Shown here piece after piece: positions 40,136 to 48,529 of a stretch of DNA of 64,000 nt. The number at the start of each line of letters is the position of its first letter. Positions within the stretch are counted from its first letter, which is position 1. This DNA is from an uncultured Candidatus Actinomarina sp. (GTDB lineage: Bacteria; Actinomycetota; Acidimicrobiia; Actinomarinales; Actinomarinaceae). A program made the position numbers and the translations under genes. The stretch lies in the NCBI GenBank assembly GCA_902613615.1, contig CACMHQ010000003.1:61758-125757 (forward strand). Direction: 5' to 3'. The notes below the pieces were generated by a model that saw nothing but the letters and a program-made list of their open reading frames with translations, had not been told where the DNA came from and did no database searches.

Positions 40136-40510
40136 TTGTTAAACCAATTTTTAAGATTTCAAGCAAACTCAATTTTGAGTGTAACTTTACGCTCCTCTGC
40201 AATTTATTTATTTACAGATATATTTAGATATGAATATAGCCTTGTTTTTTGGATTTCATTTGCAGTAGTAACAACAAACAGTTACTTCATACAAAAAAAA
40301 TATGTATTTAAAGCAAGTTCAAAACAATCTTTTCTTAAATACAACTTTGTTACTGTAGCATTAAGCTTTATTGAATTTTTCTTTTCCAACTTTTTAAGAT
40401 TCTATTTTGAACTAAATGTATATGCTTTTTTAATTGCTGGTGGGACTGTTTTTTTAATGAGATTTTTATTGAATAAATATTTTGTTTTTGGAAGTAAAAG
40501 TGAAAAATAA
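40136..40510 (+). CDS. GtrA-family flippase
   Basis: 124 aa, 4 TM; QFLRF...NSYFIQKKYVF...FLLNKYFVF. Confidence 0.85.
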   Translation: MLNQFLRFQANSILSVTLRSSAIYLFTDIFRYEYSLVFWISFAVVTTNSYFIQKKYVFKASSKQSFLKYNFVTVALSFIEFFFSNFLRFYFELNVYAFLIAGGTVFLMRFLLNKYFVFGSKSEK

Positions 40511-42104
40511 AAAATTAAAAAAGATTGTTGTCATCTTATTTTATTTCCTCCTTCCTTTGTTGTTTCTGAAAATCGATTATAGATTTATAGAGACTTTCAA
40601 CTGTTGTCAAGATGACCACGATTATTATTCACATGCTGAAACAATTGCTTTAGATTTTGATTTAAATTATGAAAATCAATTTGTAGGGTTTGAGACAGAA
40701 CGATACAACAACAATGGTAAGGTTGCTCCGAGAGGCTTTATTGGTACAGGAATATTTTCCAGTCCGTTTCTTTTCATTGGAAATTTATTTGAAAGTTTAT
40801 TTAATTTTTCAAACAATCTTTTTAATTTGAGAATCGCAATTTATTCTTTATCTTCAATATTTTATTTTTATTTAACCATCTATTTGATGACTAAAGTGTT
40901 TGATATCTTAAATATCAAACTTAATCCAAACCTTATATTTATAATTTTTTTTGGTTCTGGTATCAGCTATTTTGCATTTGAACGATACAGCATGTCTCAT
41001 ATATATGAGGCATTTTCTATAACTTTGATTATTTACTTATCTGTAAGTTTCTACAAAAAAACAGGTGGTAATAAAAATTATTACTCGATTCTAATTCCAT
41101 TAGCTACGCTTTTATCATTCTCAGTTAGGTGGGTAAATTATTTTATATTTTTTATTCCATTAATAGTTAAATTATTATTCAATGAAAAACTGCAAACAAA
41201 AAATCAAATTCTTAAGAATAAATATTTTTATGTGTCATACGGAATTTCTATTCTATTGTTCCAGTATTTAAACCACCTAACATATGGAATAATTACATTT
41301 AATCCAGAAGATATCTATGGCAAATCAAATAGGTTATTCACATTTTTCAATAATGACATCGGAATATTTTTTAGTAAAGTTGCAAATTCTTTTTATGTAA
41401 TATTAGTTTCTCCTGAGTTTGGAATTTTTTGGTTTTCACCAATAATTTTTTGTTCTCTGTTTTTACTTTCTAGATATATTTTTGAGAAACAACACAGGAA
41501 TAAACTTTTACAATACATTTTTGTCTTGTTTATTTATCTTATCCCTTTTGGAATTGTAACAGTATGGCAATCAACAGCCTCTTCTTATGGGTTTAGGTAT
41601 CTATATTCGTTAGTACCAATTTCAGTTTTAATTTTTGGTAAATATTTGGAAACAAATAATAAAGGATTAATTTCAAAATATATAATTTTATTTTCTATAT
41701 TTTCAATGTTGTCTATTTTGTTTTTTGAGACATCAGATACAACATCACTTCGAAACAATATTAATTCTTTTGGTTCAGATGATAGATTCTCTCAACCAGA
41801 TTATTTATTTGGGCTTTTTAACTCGTTTGGAGATTTAAATGCTTATCTTAAAATATTTGTAACAAGTTTTGTTGGTGTAATTATTTTTAAGACGTTTTCA
41901 ATTTTATTTGGTATGGATAATTTACTTAAATATTTAGATACTTTTGGGCTACCTGTTGACAACTTAGATTTTCAAAATTTTGTATATCAAATTCAGGATA
42001 TTGATTTAATTAAAATAGCTATCTTTACCTCATTATTTTTATCAATCATATTTGGATTTTATAAATTAAATAAAAATAAAAATTCTGTTTTAAATTTAAG
42101 TTAG
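40500..42104 (+). CDS. GT-C type membrane glycosyltransferase (GtrC-like)
   Basis: First loop DDHDYY...DFDL, about 12 TM, SMSH, YGFRYL; GTG 40500 overlaps the gtrA end. Confidence 0.7.
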   Translation: MKNKKLKKIVVILFYFLLPLLFLKIDYRFIETFNCCQDDHDYYSHAETIALDFDLNYENQFVGFETERYNNNGKVAPRGFIGTGIFSSPFLFIGNLFESLFNFSNNLFNLRIAIYSLSSIFYFYLTIYLMTKVFDILNIKLNPNLIFIIFFGSGISYFAFERYSMSHIYEAFSITLIIYLSVSFYKKTGGNKNYYSILIPLATLLSFSVRWVNYFIFFIPLIVKLLFNEKLQTKNQILKNKYFYVSYGISILLFQYLNHLTYGIITFNPEDIYGKSNRLFTFFNNDIGIFFSKVANSFYVILVSPEFGIFWFSPIIFCSLFLLSRYIFEKQHRNKLLQYIFVLFIYLIPFGIVTVWQSTASSYGFRYLYSLVPISVLIFGKYLETNNKGLISKYIILFSIFSMLSILFFETSDTTSLRNNINSFGSDDRFSQPDYLFGLFNSFGDLNAYLKIFVTSFVGVIIFKTFSILFGMDNLLKYLDTFGLPVDNLDFQNFVYQIQDIDLIKIAIFTSLFLSIIFGFYKLNKNKNSVLNLS

Positions 42105-42120
42105 TTTATTTACAAAATTA

Positions 42121-42165
42121 TCTGAAAAACAAGGGGTCGGCAGTTCGGTTCTGCCTCTGGCCACA
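42121..42165 (+). repeat. direct repeat of tRNA-Phe 3' half (att-like), 1 mismatch
   Basis: TCTGAAAAACAAGGGGTCGGCAGTTCGgTTCTGCCTCTGGCCACA versus 34925-34969 (44/45). Confidence 0.95.
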
Positions 42166-42229
42166 GGGTTTTTAATTTTTAAAAACAAAACATCGCACGA
42201 TATGTCGTCCAAATTTATATAATTTACTT

Positions 42230-42478
42230 ATGAATTTTTTTCAGCTTATTTATGCTTATATTAAAAAAAATCTTAGAACCTCTCAAGAAACAGAAGATTC
42301 GGATGAAAGAAGAAAACAATGGTTCAAAATAGTGTTTGGCATTGTACTTGCTTTAGGATATGGGGGACTTCATGTACCTCCAAATGTAAGCGTTAGTGAA
42401 GTTATTTATGCTTTAGGAATTCTTTTTATAACTTTATATGTCGTATTCTGGGTTTTAAAATACTTTAAACTCATTTAA
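42230..42478 (+). CDS. small two-TM membrane protein
   Basis: 82 aa; TATAAT 6 nt before ATG. Confidence 0.7.
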   Translation: MNFFQLIYAYIKKNLRTSQETEDSDERRKQWFKIVFGIVLALGYGGLHVPPNVSVSEVIYALGILFITLYVVFWVLKYFKLI

Positions 42479-42496
42479 AACAATTAAGGTACATAT

Positions 42497-42709
42497 ATGT
42501 TTGATAGATTTAAAAACTTAGATAAAAAACAAAAATTAGAACTTTATAAAGTACTCGGCTGGTCCATTTGTGCTCTTATAGGAGGTGCAGGTGGCGCAAA
42601 TCAGATAGGTGTAGGCGCTGATTTGGGAGATATAATATTGGGTTGGACTATATGTCTTGTAATAGTTTTTGTAGTCTTTAGAATACTTAGAGTTCTTAAA
42701 ATAATTTAG
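42497..42709 (+). CDS. small two-TM membrane protein (possible paralog of the previous gene)
   Basis: 70 aa; TAAGGT RBS; similar C-terminus. Confidence 0.7.
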   Translation: MFDRFKNLDKKQKLELYKVLGWSICALIGGAGGANQIGVGADLGDIILGWTICLVIVFVVFRILRVLKII

Positions 42710-42726
42710 ATTTATATAATTTTCCA

Positions 42727-43320
42727 ATGAGATTTTCAAAAGAAGAAGAATACCTGCGTCAAAAAGATAAAAAATTAAAAAAAATTATTGATAAAAATGG
42801 GCATATTAGTTTTAAGTCGAATAAAAAAAACCAATTTGATACTCTTGTAGGCATAGTTATCTCACAATTTATATCAACAAAAGCAGCGAATTCTATTTTT
42901 AAAAATATTAGGGAAAACTTTAATTCAGAATATTTAAATGAAAGACATTTTCGTAATAAAACAGTATATGAAATTAAAAAATTAGGATTAAGTTCCAATA
43001 AAGCCAAAACAATAAAAGAGCTTTCAGATTTATACTTAAATAAAGATATCGGTGATTTATCAAAATTAAGCGATCAAGATTTAAATAATAAGTTATTAAC
43101 TATATTTGGAATTGGTCCTTGGTCAGTAAATATGTTTGAAATTTTTTGTATTGGTAAATTAGATATATTTTCGTCAAAAGACGCAGGGCTGAGATTAGCA
43201 ATGAATAATTTTGGAATTATTAAAAAAGATAGTGAGTGGAAAAAATATGATGAATATGCAATGAAATGGTCCCCTTATAGATCTATTGCATCAATTCATT
43301 TATGGAAGACAGTTGATTAG
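42727..43320 (+). CDS. DNA-3-methyladenine glycosylase II family (HhH-GPD)
   Basis: IVISQFISTKAA, GLSSNKAKTI, GIGPWS, DAGL, WSPYRSIA. Confidence 0.9.
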   Translation: MRFSKEEEYLRQKDKKLKKIIDKNGHISFKSNKKNQFDTLVGIVISQFISTKAANSIFKNIRENFNSEYLNERHFRNKTVYEIKKLGLSSNKAKTIKELSDLYLNKDIGDLSKLSDQDLNNKLLTIFGIGPWSVNMFEIFCIGKLDIFSSKDAGLRLAMNNFGIIKKDSEWKKYDEYAMKWSPYRSIASIHLWKTVD

Positions 43321-43329
43321 AGTTTATAT

Positions 43330-44022
43330 ATGGAACCTATTCCATTAGAAAAAAATTTAAACTGGTGGTGGTATAAAGCAAAAAGAAACTTGCTTAAACA
43401 CATTATTGAACATGGTAAAACAAAAAGTAATTTAAAAATTCTTGAAATAGGTCCTGGTTTAGGGAATAATTTAGAAACCTTAAATAATTATGGATCTGTT
43501 GACATATTAGAACTTGAACCAACTTTCTTATCATATCTAATTGAACACAAGAGTGACCTATTTAATAATACATATAATAATTTAGAAGAGATAAATTCAA
43601 GTTACGACTTGATTGTACTATTAGACGTCTTGGAACACATTGAAGAATCGAAACTATTTATGAAAAAAATAGAATCTCTGATGAAAGATCAAGGTTTAGT
43701 TATTGTCGGTGTTCCAGCGTATCAAAGCTTATGGAGTGCACATGACGAAAAACTTCTTCACTTTAGAAGATATAACTGGAAGAAGCTGAAGGATGATTGC
43801 AGTAATTTCCATATAGTAGAGAGGTACGGTCTAAATTATTTATTACTTCCAATAAGATACATTCAAATAAAATTCAATAGAATTCCATCAATAAATGAAA
43901 ATGGAAGGTTTCTTAATAATATTTTGTATCTGATTTCACTCATTGAAACTATTTTTAGAAAAATTAAAATTAACCCCAAGTTTGGTATTTCATTGTATGT
44001 CAAATTACATAAAAAAAAATAA
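43330..44022 (+). CDS. class I SAM-dependent methyltransferase
   Basis: WWWYKAKR, LEIGPGLG, LLDVLEHI, VPAYQSLWSAHDE...HFRRY (type common in glycan loci). Confidence 0.9.
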   Translation: MEPIPLEKNLNWWWYKAKRNLLKHIIEHGKTKSNLKILEIGPGLGNNLETLNNYGSVDILELEPTFLSYLIEHKSDLFNNTYNNLEEINSSYDLIVLLDVLEHIEESKLFMKKIESLMKDQGLVIVGVPAYQSLWSAHDEKLLHFRRYNWKKLKDDCSNFHIVERYGLNYLLLPIRYIQIKFNRIPSINENGRFLNNILYLISLIETIFRKIKINPKFGISLYVKLHKKK

Positions 44023-44060
44023 TATGTTCTTTTATTAGTTAGTTTTTATAATTGTAATAT

Positions 44061-44777
44061 ATGAATTTACTAATTTGCATGGCAGGATTAAATACTAGAT
44101 TTCATAATGTTGGATTTGATATTCCGAAATACCTCTTACCTTGGAATAATTCTATAATCATTTTTGATATTTTAAAAAACTTAACAGCTGATAATGTTTA
44201 TTTAATTGCTCATCAACGTGACGAATATTTCAAAAAAGAACTTATTAAAGCCATAAATCCTCTTGGATTATCTAAAAAGAATTTGTTTTATATTGGTGAT
44301 ACTGATGGTCAAGCTCAGACTGCTAAAATTGGTTTACAGAGTATAAATATAAATAATGAACCAGTATTTTTTCACAATGCAGACACTATATTAATAAATA
44401 GAAAACTTTCTAAAGTTTCTAACCAACTTTCTAAAAAATTTTCAGCATATATTGACATTTTTTATGGAGATTCAAAAAAATATTCTTATGTAGAAATATC
44501 TGAAGACAATCTCGTCAAAGATATTAAAGAAAAAAAAGTTATTTCAAAATTTGCTTCATCTGGTTTATACGGGTTTCAAAATAAAGAAATATTTCTTAAG
44601 TACTATAAAAAATTAGAGAAGAAAAAAGGAGAATTATATATCTCTGATGTTCTTAAAAAAATGATCCAATTTGAAGAAAAAATATTTACAAATAAAATAT
44701 TTAAAAAAGATAAAACAGTTGTACTTGGTTCCCCTGAAGAATATGGAATTGAAGTAACGAAAAGTATAGTTACTTAA
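44061..44777 (+). CDS. sugar-phosphate nucleotidyltransferase (BcbE-like)
   Basis: MAGLNTRF...DIPKYLL, TDGQAQT, NADT, IKEK..IS..ASSGLYGF, ELYIS, LGSPEE. Confidence 0.88.
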   Translation: MNLLICMAGLNTRFHNVGFDIPKYLLPWNNSIIIFDILKNLTADNVYLIAHQRDEYFKKELIKAINPLGLSKKNLFYIGDTDGQAQTAKIGLQSININNEPVFFHNADTILINRKLSKVSNQLSKKFSAYIDIFYGDSKKYSYVEISEDNLVKDIKEKKVISKFASSGLYGFQNKEIFLKYYKKLEKKKGELYISDVLKKMIQFEEKIFTNKIFKKDKTVVLGSPEEYGIEVTKSIVT

Positions 44778-44778
44778 T

Positions 44779-45732
44779 ATGGGAAAAAAAATATTATTTA
44801 AAGGGGGCTCCTTAAGCAAGACCTATCGAGATGGAAATAAAGTAGTAAAAACTATTGCATTAAATGAAGAAAGAGAATACGGATACGTTAGATGGTATTC
44901 TCAACAAAAAAAAATGCAAAAATATGTAGGTCTTTATCCTGAGTTATTTCCAAAAATTTACAAAATAAAAAATAATGAATTAGAAGCTGAAATTCAAATG
45001 GAATATATGGAAGGTTTCTATGATATTAAAACAGTATTTCAACAAAAAGAACTCTCTTTAGAAGAACTTAATAAAATAAACGAATCTATCTGGGAAGGAT
45101 TTGACAAATTACATTCAAACAATTTTGATTCAATAAATGGACTAGGCAATTTGTACTTTCAAGAAGAAGTAGTTCAAAAATTAAATGATGCATTAAACAC
45201 CTCAGAAGAATTTAAAGACTTTTTTAGTATCAAAAATTATAATTTTGGTGATAAGATTATTCCAGGATTTCAATCTTACAAAGATTTACTTTCAAATTTT
45301 TTTAAAAAATTAAAACTTGAAAAAGAAGAGCTAATATTTGGCAATCCTACACTTGAGAATATTTTGTATTCTTTTGAGGAAAATAGGTCAGTTTTTATAG
45401 ACCTTTATGAAGAAAGTATTTTAGATAGTAGGTTTTTAGACTATTCGATGGTTCTTCAGTGCTCGAATAGTTACTATGGATATCTAAACGATAATGAACT
45501 AATTGTTCAAAAAGATTATCTTTCTCACAATTTAGAGATACCGTTAAATTTTAAGAATTTTAATTCACTATTTTGTGACAAACTTGAGAGTAAGTATATT
45601 GAATTAATTAAAGTTTTAGAAGCAACTCAATTCTTTAGAATGTTACCTTTCAAATTAAAATCCAATGAACTAATTAAGGCAAAGTATTTTTATGTGCATG
45701 GTTGTAAACTATTAAGCGAGGTATTTAATTGA
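44779..45732 (+). CDS. APH/choline-kinase-fold phosphotransferase (atypical catalytic loop)
   Basis: KGGSLSKT Gly loop, V.K, FPKI, MEYMEG, FGNPTLENIL (for HGDxxxxN), FID. Confidence 0.75.
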   Translation: MGKKILFKGGSLSKTYRDGNKVVKTIALNEEREYGYVRWYSQQKKMQKYVGLYPELFPKIYKIKNNELEAEIQMEYMEGFYDIKTVFQQKELSLEELNKINESIWEGFDKLHSNNFDSINGLGNLYFQEEVVQKLNDALNTSEEFKDFFSIKNYNFGDKIIPGFQSYKDLLSNFFKKLKLEKEELIFGNPTLENILYSFEENRSVFIDLYEESILDSRFLDYSMVLQCSNSYYGYLNDNELIVQKDYLSHNLEIPLNFKNFNSLFCDKLESKYIELIKVLEATQFFRMLPFKLKSNELIKAKYFYVHGCKLLSEVFN

Positions 45733-46868
45733 ATGAAGAGTTAACAATAGATTATAACTTTTTAAAAAAAACTTGGAATCTTAAAGCAGAGTTACCAATC
45801 GATGTAAAAATAATATATTCAACAGATATGTTTGATCCTAAATCTAGTGATTTAACAACTTTGACAAATAACAATAGATTAGTTGTAGTAATCGATAGAG
45901 ATTTTGAAAAAATTTACAAAAAAAAGATAGAAAACTATTTTAAATTAACAAAAATTGATTATAAAATTTGTTCAATTCAAACCGGTGAAAAAAATAAAAA
46001 ATGGAAAACTGTTGAAAAAATATTAAATTTTTTTGAATCGGTATCTGTTTTAAGACAAGAAAATATTGTAATTATTGGTGGAGGAGTTCTTTTAGATATA
46101 GGAGGCTTTGCCTGTAGTATTTACAGAAGGGGAATCCCCTACGTTAAGGTTCCTACAACATTGTTATCTATAGTAGATGCATCAGTAGGTGCGAAAGTTG
46201 GAGTTAATCATTTAGAAAAAAGAAATCGTATAGGAAATTATTACCCTGCATTTCAAACATTAATTGATAAATCCTTTATAAATACTCAAACAGAACGAGA
46301 GATTGTTAACGGCTTAGGGGAAATATTTAAAATCGCTATTATAAAATCTTCAGAACTCTTCAACTTGCTAAATGTTAGCTCTGAAGACTTACTCAAGGAA
46401 AAATTCCAACATGGTGCAGTTCCCGTAAAGGTTATCAACCTTGCAATATCATTGATGTTGGAGGAATTAGGACCAAATCTGTGGGAAAAGAATTTAAAAA
46501 GAGCTGTTGATTTTGGCCATACTTTCAGTCCTGTTATTGAAATAAAAAACATACCAAACCTTCTTCACGGTGAAGCAGTTGCATTAGACTGTCTGTTAAG
46601 CTCTTGCTTATCTTTTGTTAGAGGATATCTTAATAAGTCTTCTCTAGAAAAAATATTTGAAGTAGCAAAAAAATTGAAACTACCTACGTATCATGATGAT
46701 TTTTGTAATTTCTCTTTAATAAAAGATAGCTTAAATGACGCGTGCAAACATAGAAATGGAAATCAGCACATAACATTACCACTAGAAATAGGAAGATATA
46801 AAATTGTTGACGACGTTACAGATTACGAAATTAAAAAAGCAATTGAAGTATTTAAAGGAATGAAATGA
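45729..46868 (+). CDS. sedoheptulose 7-phosphate cyclase, 2-epi-5-epi-valiolone synthase (EEVS) type
   Basis: GGGVLLDIGG, YRRGIPYVKVPTTLLSIVDASVG.K; diagnostic MLEELGPNLWE and KRAVDFGHTFSP; LLHGEAV. Confidence 0.9.
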   Translation: MNEELTIDYNFLKKTWNLKAELPIDVKIIYSTDMFDPKSSDLTTLTNNNRLVVVIDRDFEKIYKKKIENYFKLTKIDYKICSIQTGEKNKKWKTVEKILNFFESVSVLRQENIVIIGGGVLLDIGGFACSIYRRGIPYVKVPTTLLSIVDASVGAKVGVNHLEKRNRIGNYYPAFQTLIDKSFINTQTEREIVNGLGEIFKIAIIKSSELFNLLNVSSEDLLKEKFQHGAVPVKVINLAISLMLEELGPNLWEKNLKRAVDFGHTFSPVIEIKNIPNLLHGEAVALDCLLSSCLSFVRGYLNKSSLEKIFEVAKKLKLPTYHDDFCNFSLIKDSLNDACKHRNGNQHITLPLEIGRYKIVDDVTDYEIKKAIEVFKGMK

Positions 46869-47521
46869 AAAAAGTTTTAATTACTGGAGTAAGTTATGGA
46901 TTAGGCCAAAGTATATCAAAATTACTAATTGATAGTGGTTATTTTATTTATGGAATCTCAAGAACTGAACCAATAAATGAGTTAGTTGAAAATAAAAACT
47001 TTGTTTGGCTTAAAGCAGATATTTCACAATTAAATGAATTAAAAGAAACTTTTGAAATGATTGATGATTTAGATATTCTAATTAACAACGTAGGAATTTA
47101 TTCAAACTCTTTATTTGAAAATGAAAGTACTGAAAATATAGAAAATATAATTGATACTAATTTAAAGGGAAATATCTTTGTAACTAAATTAGCCGTTGAA
47201 AAATTAAGTAAAAATTCCAGAATTATTTTTATAAATTCTGTTGCAGGTTTAAATTACATTAATCAAGAGTCAATTTATGTAGCTACTAAACACGGTTTAT
47301 CAGCTTTTGCAAATGTTTTAGGAAATGAACTTAAGTCGAGAAAGATTAAAGTTACTTCTATTTATCCAGGAGGTATTAACACACCTTTACAAAATCAAAA
47401 TCCTAATAAAGAAAAACTCTTAACTAAAGAATTCGTATCTAATTATATTTTGCAAATTATTGCAGCTAATAATATTGAGTTTAAAAGTATAAGTTTTTAT
47501 CCTGAGATAGAAAACCACTAA
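46865..47521 (+). CDS. short-chain dehydrogenase/reductase
   Basis: ITGVSYGLG, LINNVG, NSVAG, YVATK, PGGINT; ATGA-coupled to the cyclase. Confidence 0.93.
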   Translation: MKKVLITGVSYGLGQSISKLLIDSGYFIYGISRTEPINELVENKNFVWLKADISQLNELKETFEMIDDLDILINNVGIYSNSLFENESTENIENIIDTNLKGNIFVTKLAVEKLSKNSRIIFINSVAGLNYINQESIYVATKHGLSAFANVLGNELKSRKIKVTSIYPGGINTPLQNQNPNKEKLLTKEFVSNYILQIIAANNIEFKSISFYPEIENH

Positions 47522-47604
47522 TTAATTTTACGATAGGAAATTATCAACTTTTACTGGCTTCTTAATCATCAATATTATGTTTCAACAAATATATAATTTA
47601 CATA

Positions 47605-48438
47605 ATGTCAAAAATAAAATTATATATTTCAACTTATAACAACGAAAATAGGATTAACTTAACTGTAGGACGTTTGGCAGAAACAAACAATATAGACAAA
47701 GTTGAAATAAATGTAATTAACAATCATACAAATTTTAAACTTAAAAATTCTAATTTAAAAATAAATGTTATTCATAATGCCACAAGGCCGGATTTTTCAT
47801 CTGGACATTTATCGAGAACCTGGAACCAATGTCTAGTAAATGGATTTAGGTCACTTAAAAATCCAGACTGTGACGTACTTATTACAGCTCAAGATGATAC
47901 TTATTTTGATATTGATTGGGTTAATAAAGTAGAAGAATTAATGACACAATATGAATTTGTACAAAATGGTCATGGAGACCATATTTGTGTATACACCCCT
48001 GTACATGTAAAAAAAACTGGTATTTGGGATGAGAGGTTTTGTGGAATTTCTAGACAGGCCGCTGATTATTTTTTTAGATGTCTACTTTACAATAAAGACA
48101 ATTCATCAATTAATGATATTGGCCATCAAAGAATTAACAATCCAATATTTAACAATGACTTGTTAAAATCTCAAAATTATTTAGTAGACAGTAGAAGTAG
48201 AGAAATCTTTGGCGATGAAGTTTATGATAATACTACAGATAATAACGATTCAATATCTTTAAATTTATTAAAAGAAAAATATGGAGAAGATCCTTTTCCT
48301 TGGGATGAAAATCTCTTTAAAAGAATACCAAATATATTAAAAAAAATTGAGAGAGCTAAATTAAGTAAAAATTATATGTTTTATCCCTACTTTGAAAAAG
48401 ATATTCTTAATTTGAATAAGAAAAACTTTTTACTTTAA
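47605..48438 (+). CDS. hypothetical protein, putative GT-A fold transferase
   Basis: ISTYN, VINN, LSRTWN, AQDD (DxD-like), GIWDERF, ADYF.R resemble GT2 elements. Confidence 0.6.
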   Translation: MSKIKLYISTYNNENRINLTVGRLAETNNIDKVEINVINNHTNFKLKNSNLKINVIHNATRPDFSSGHLSRTWNQCLVNGFRSLKNPDCDVLITAQDDTYFDIDWVNKVEELMTQYEFVQNGHGDHICVYTPVHVKKTGIWDERFCGISRQAADYFFRCLLYNKDNSSINDIGHQRINNPIFNNDLLKSQNYLVDSRSREIFGDEVYDNTTDNNDSISLNLLKEKYGEDPFPWDENLFKRIPNILKKIERAKLSKNYMFYPYFEKDILNLNKKNFLL

Positions 48439-48529
48439 CTTATGATTCTCTCAAAATAAATAATATAAATAGTTTCAAATACAAAAATACATATTATCAA
48501 TTGTAGGAAATATTTTTTAAAGTAGTGAA

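Larger units (their letters stand above)
34970..42165. mobile_element. additive genomic island cassettes inserted at tRNA-Phe
   Basis: Two direct repeats of the tRNA-Phe 3' half (39003-39046, 42121-42165) bound cassettes of about 4.0 and 3.1 kb; no integrase in the window. Confidence 0.8.

Noticed and set aside
45729-46868. Annotation as aroB (3-dehydroquinate synthase) or DDGS/mysA
   Set aside because: Has EEVS motifs (MLEELxPNLWE, RxxDFGH); no shikimate or mycosporine (O-methyltransferase, ATP-grasp) neighbours.
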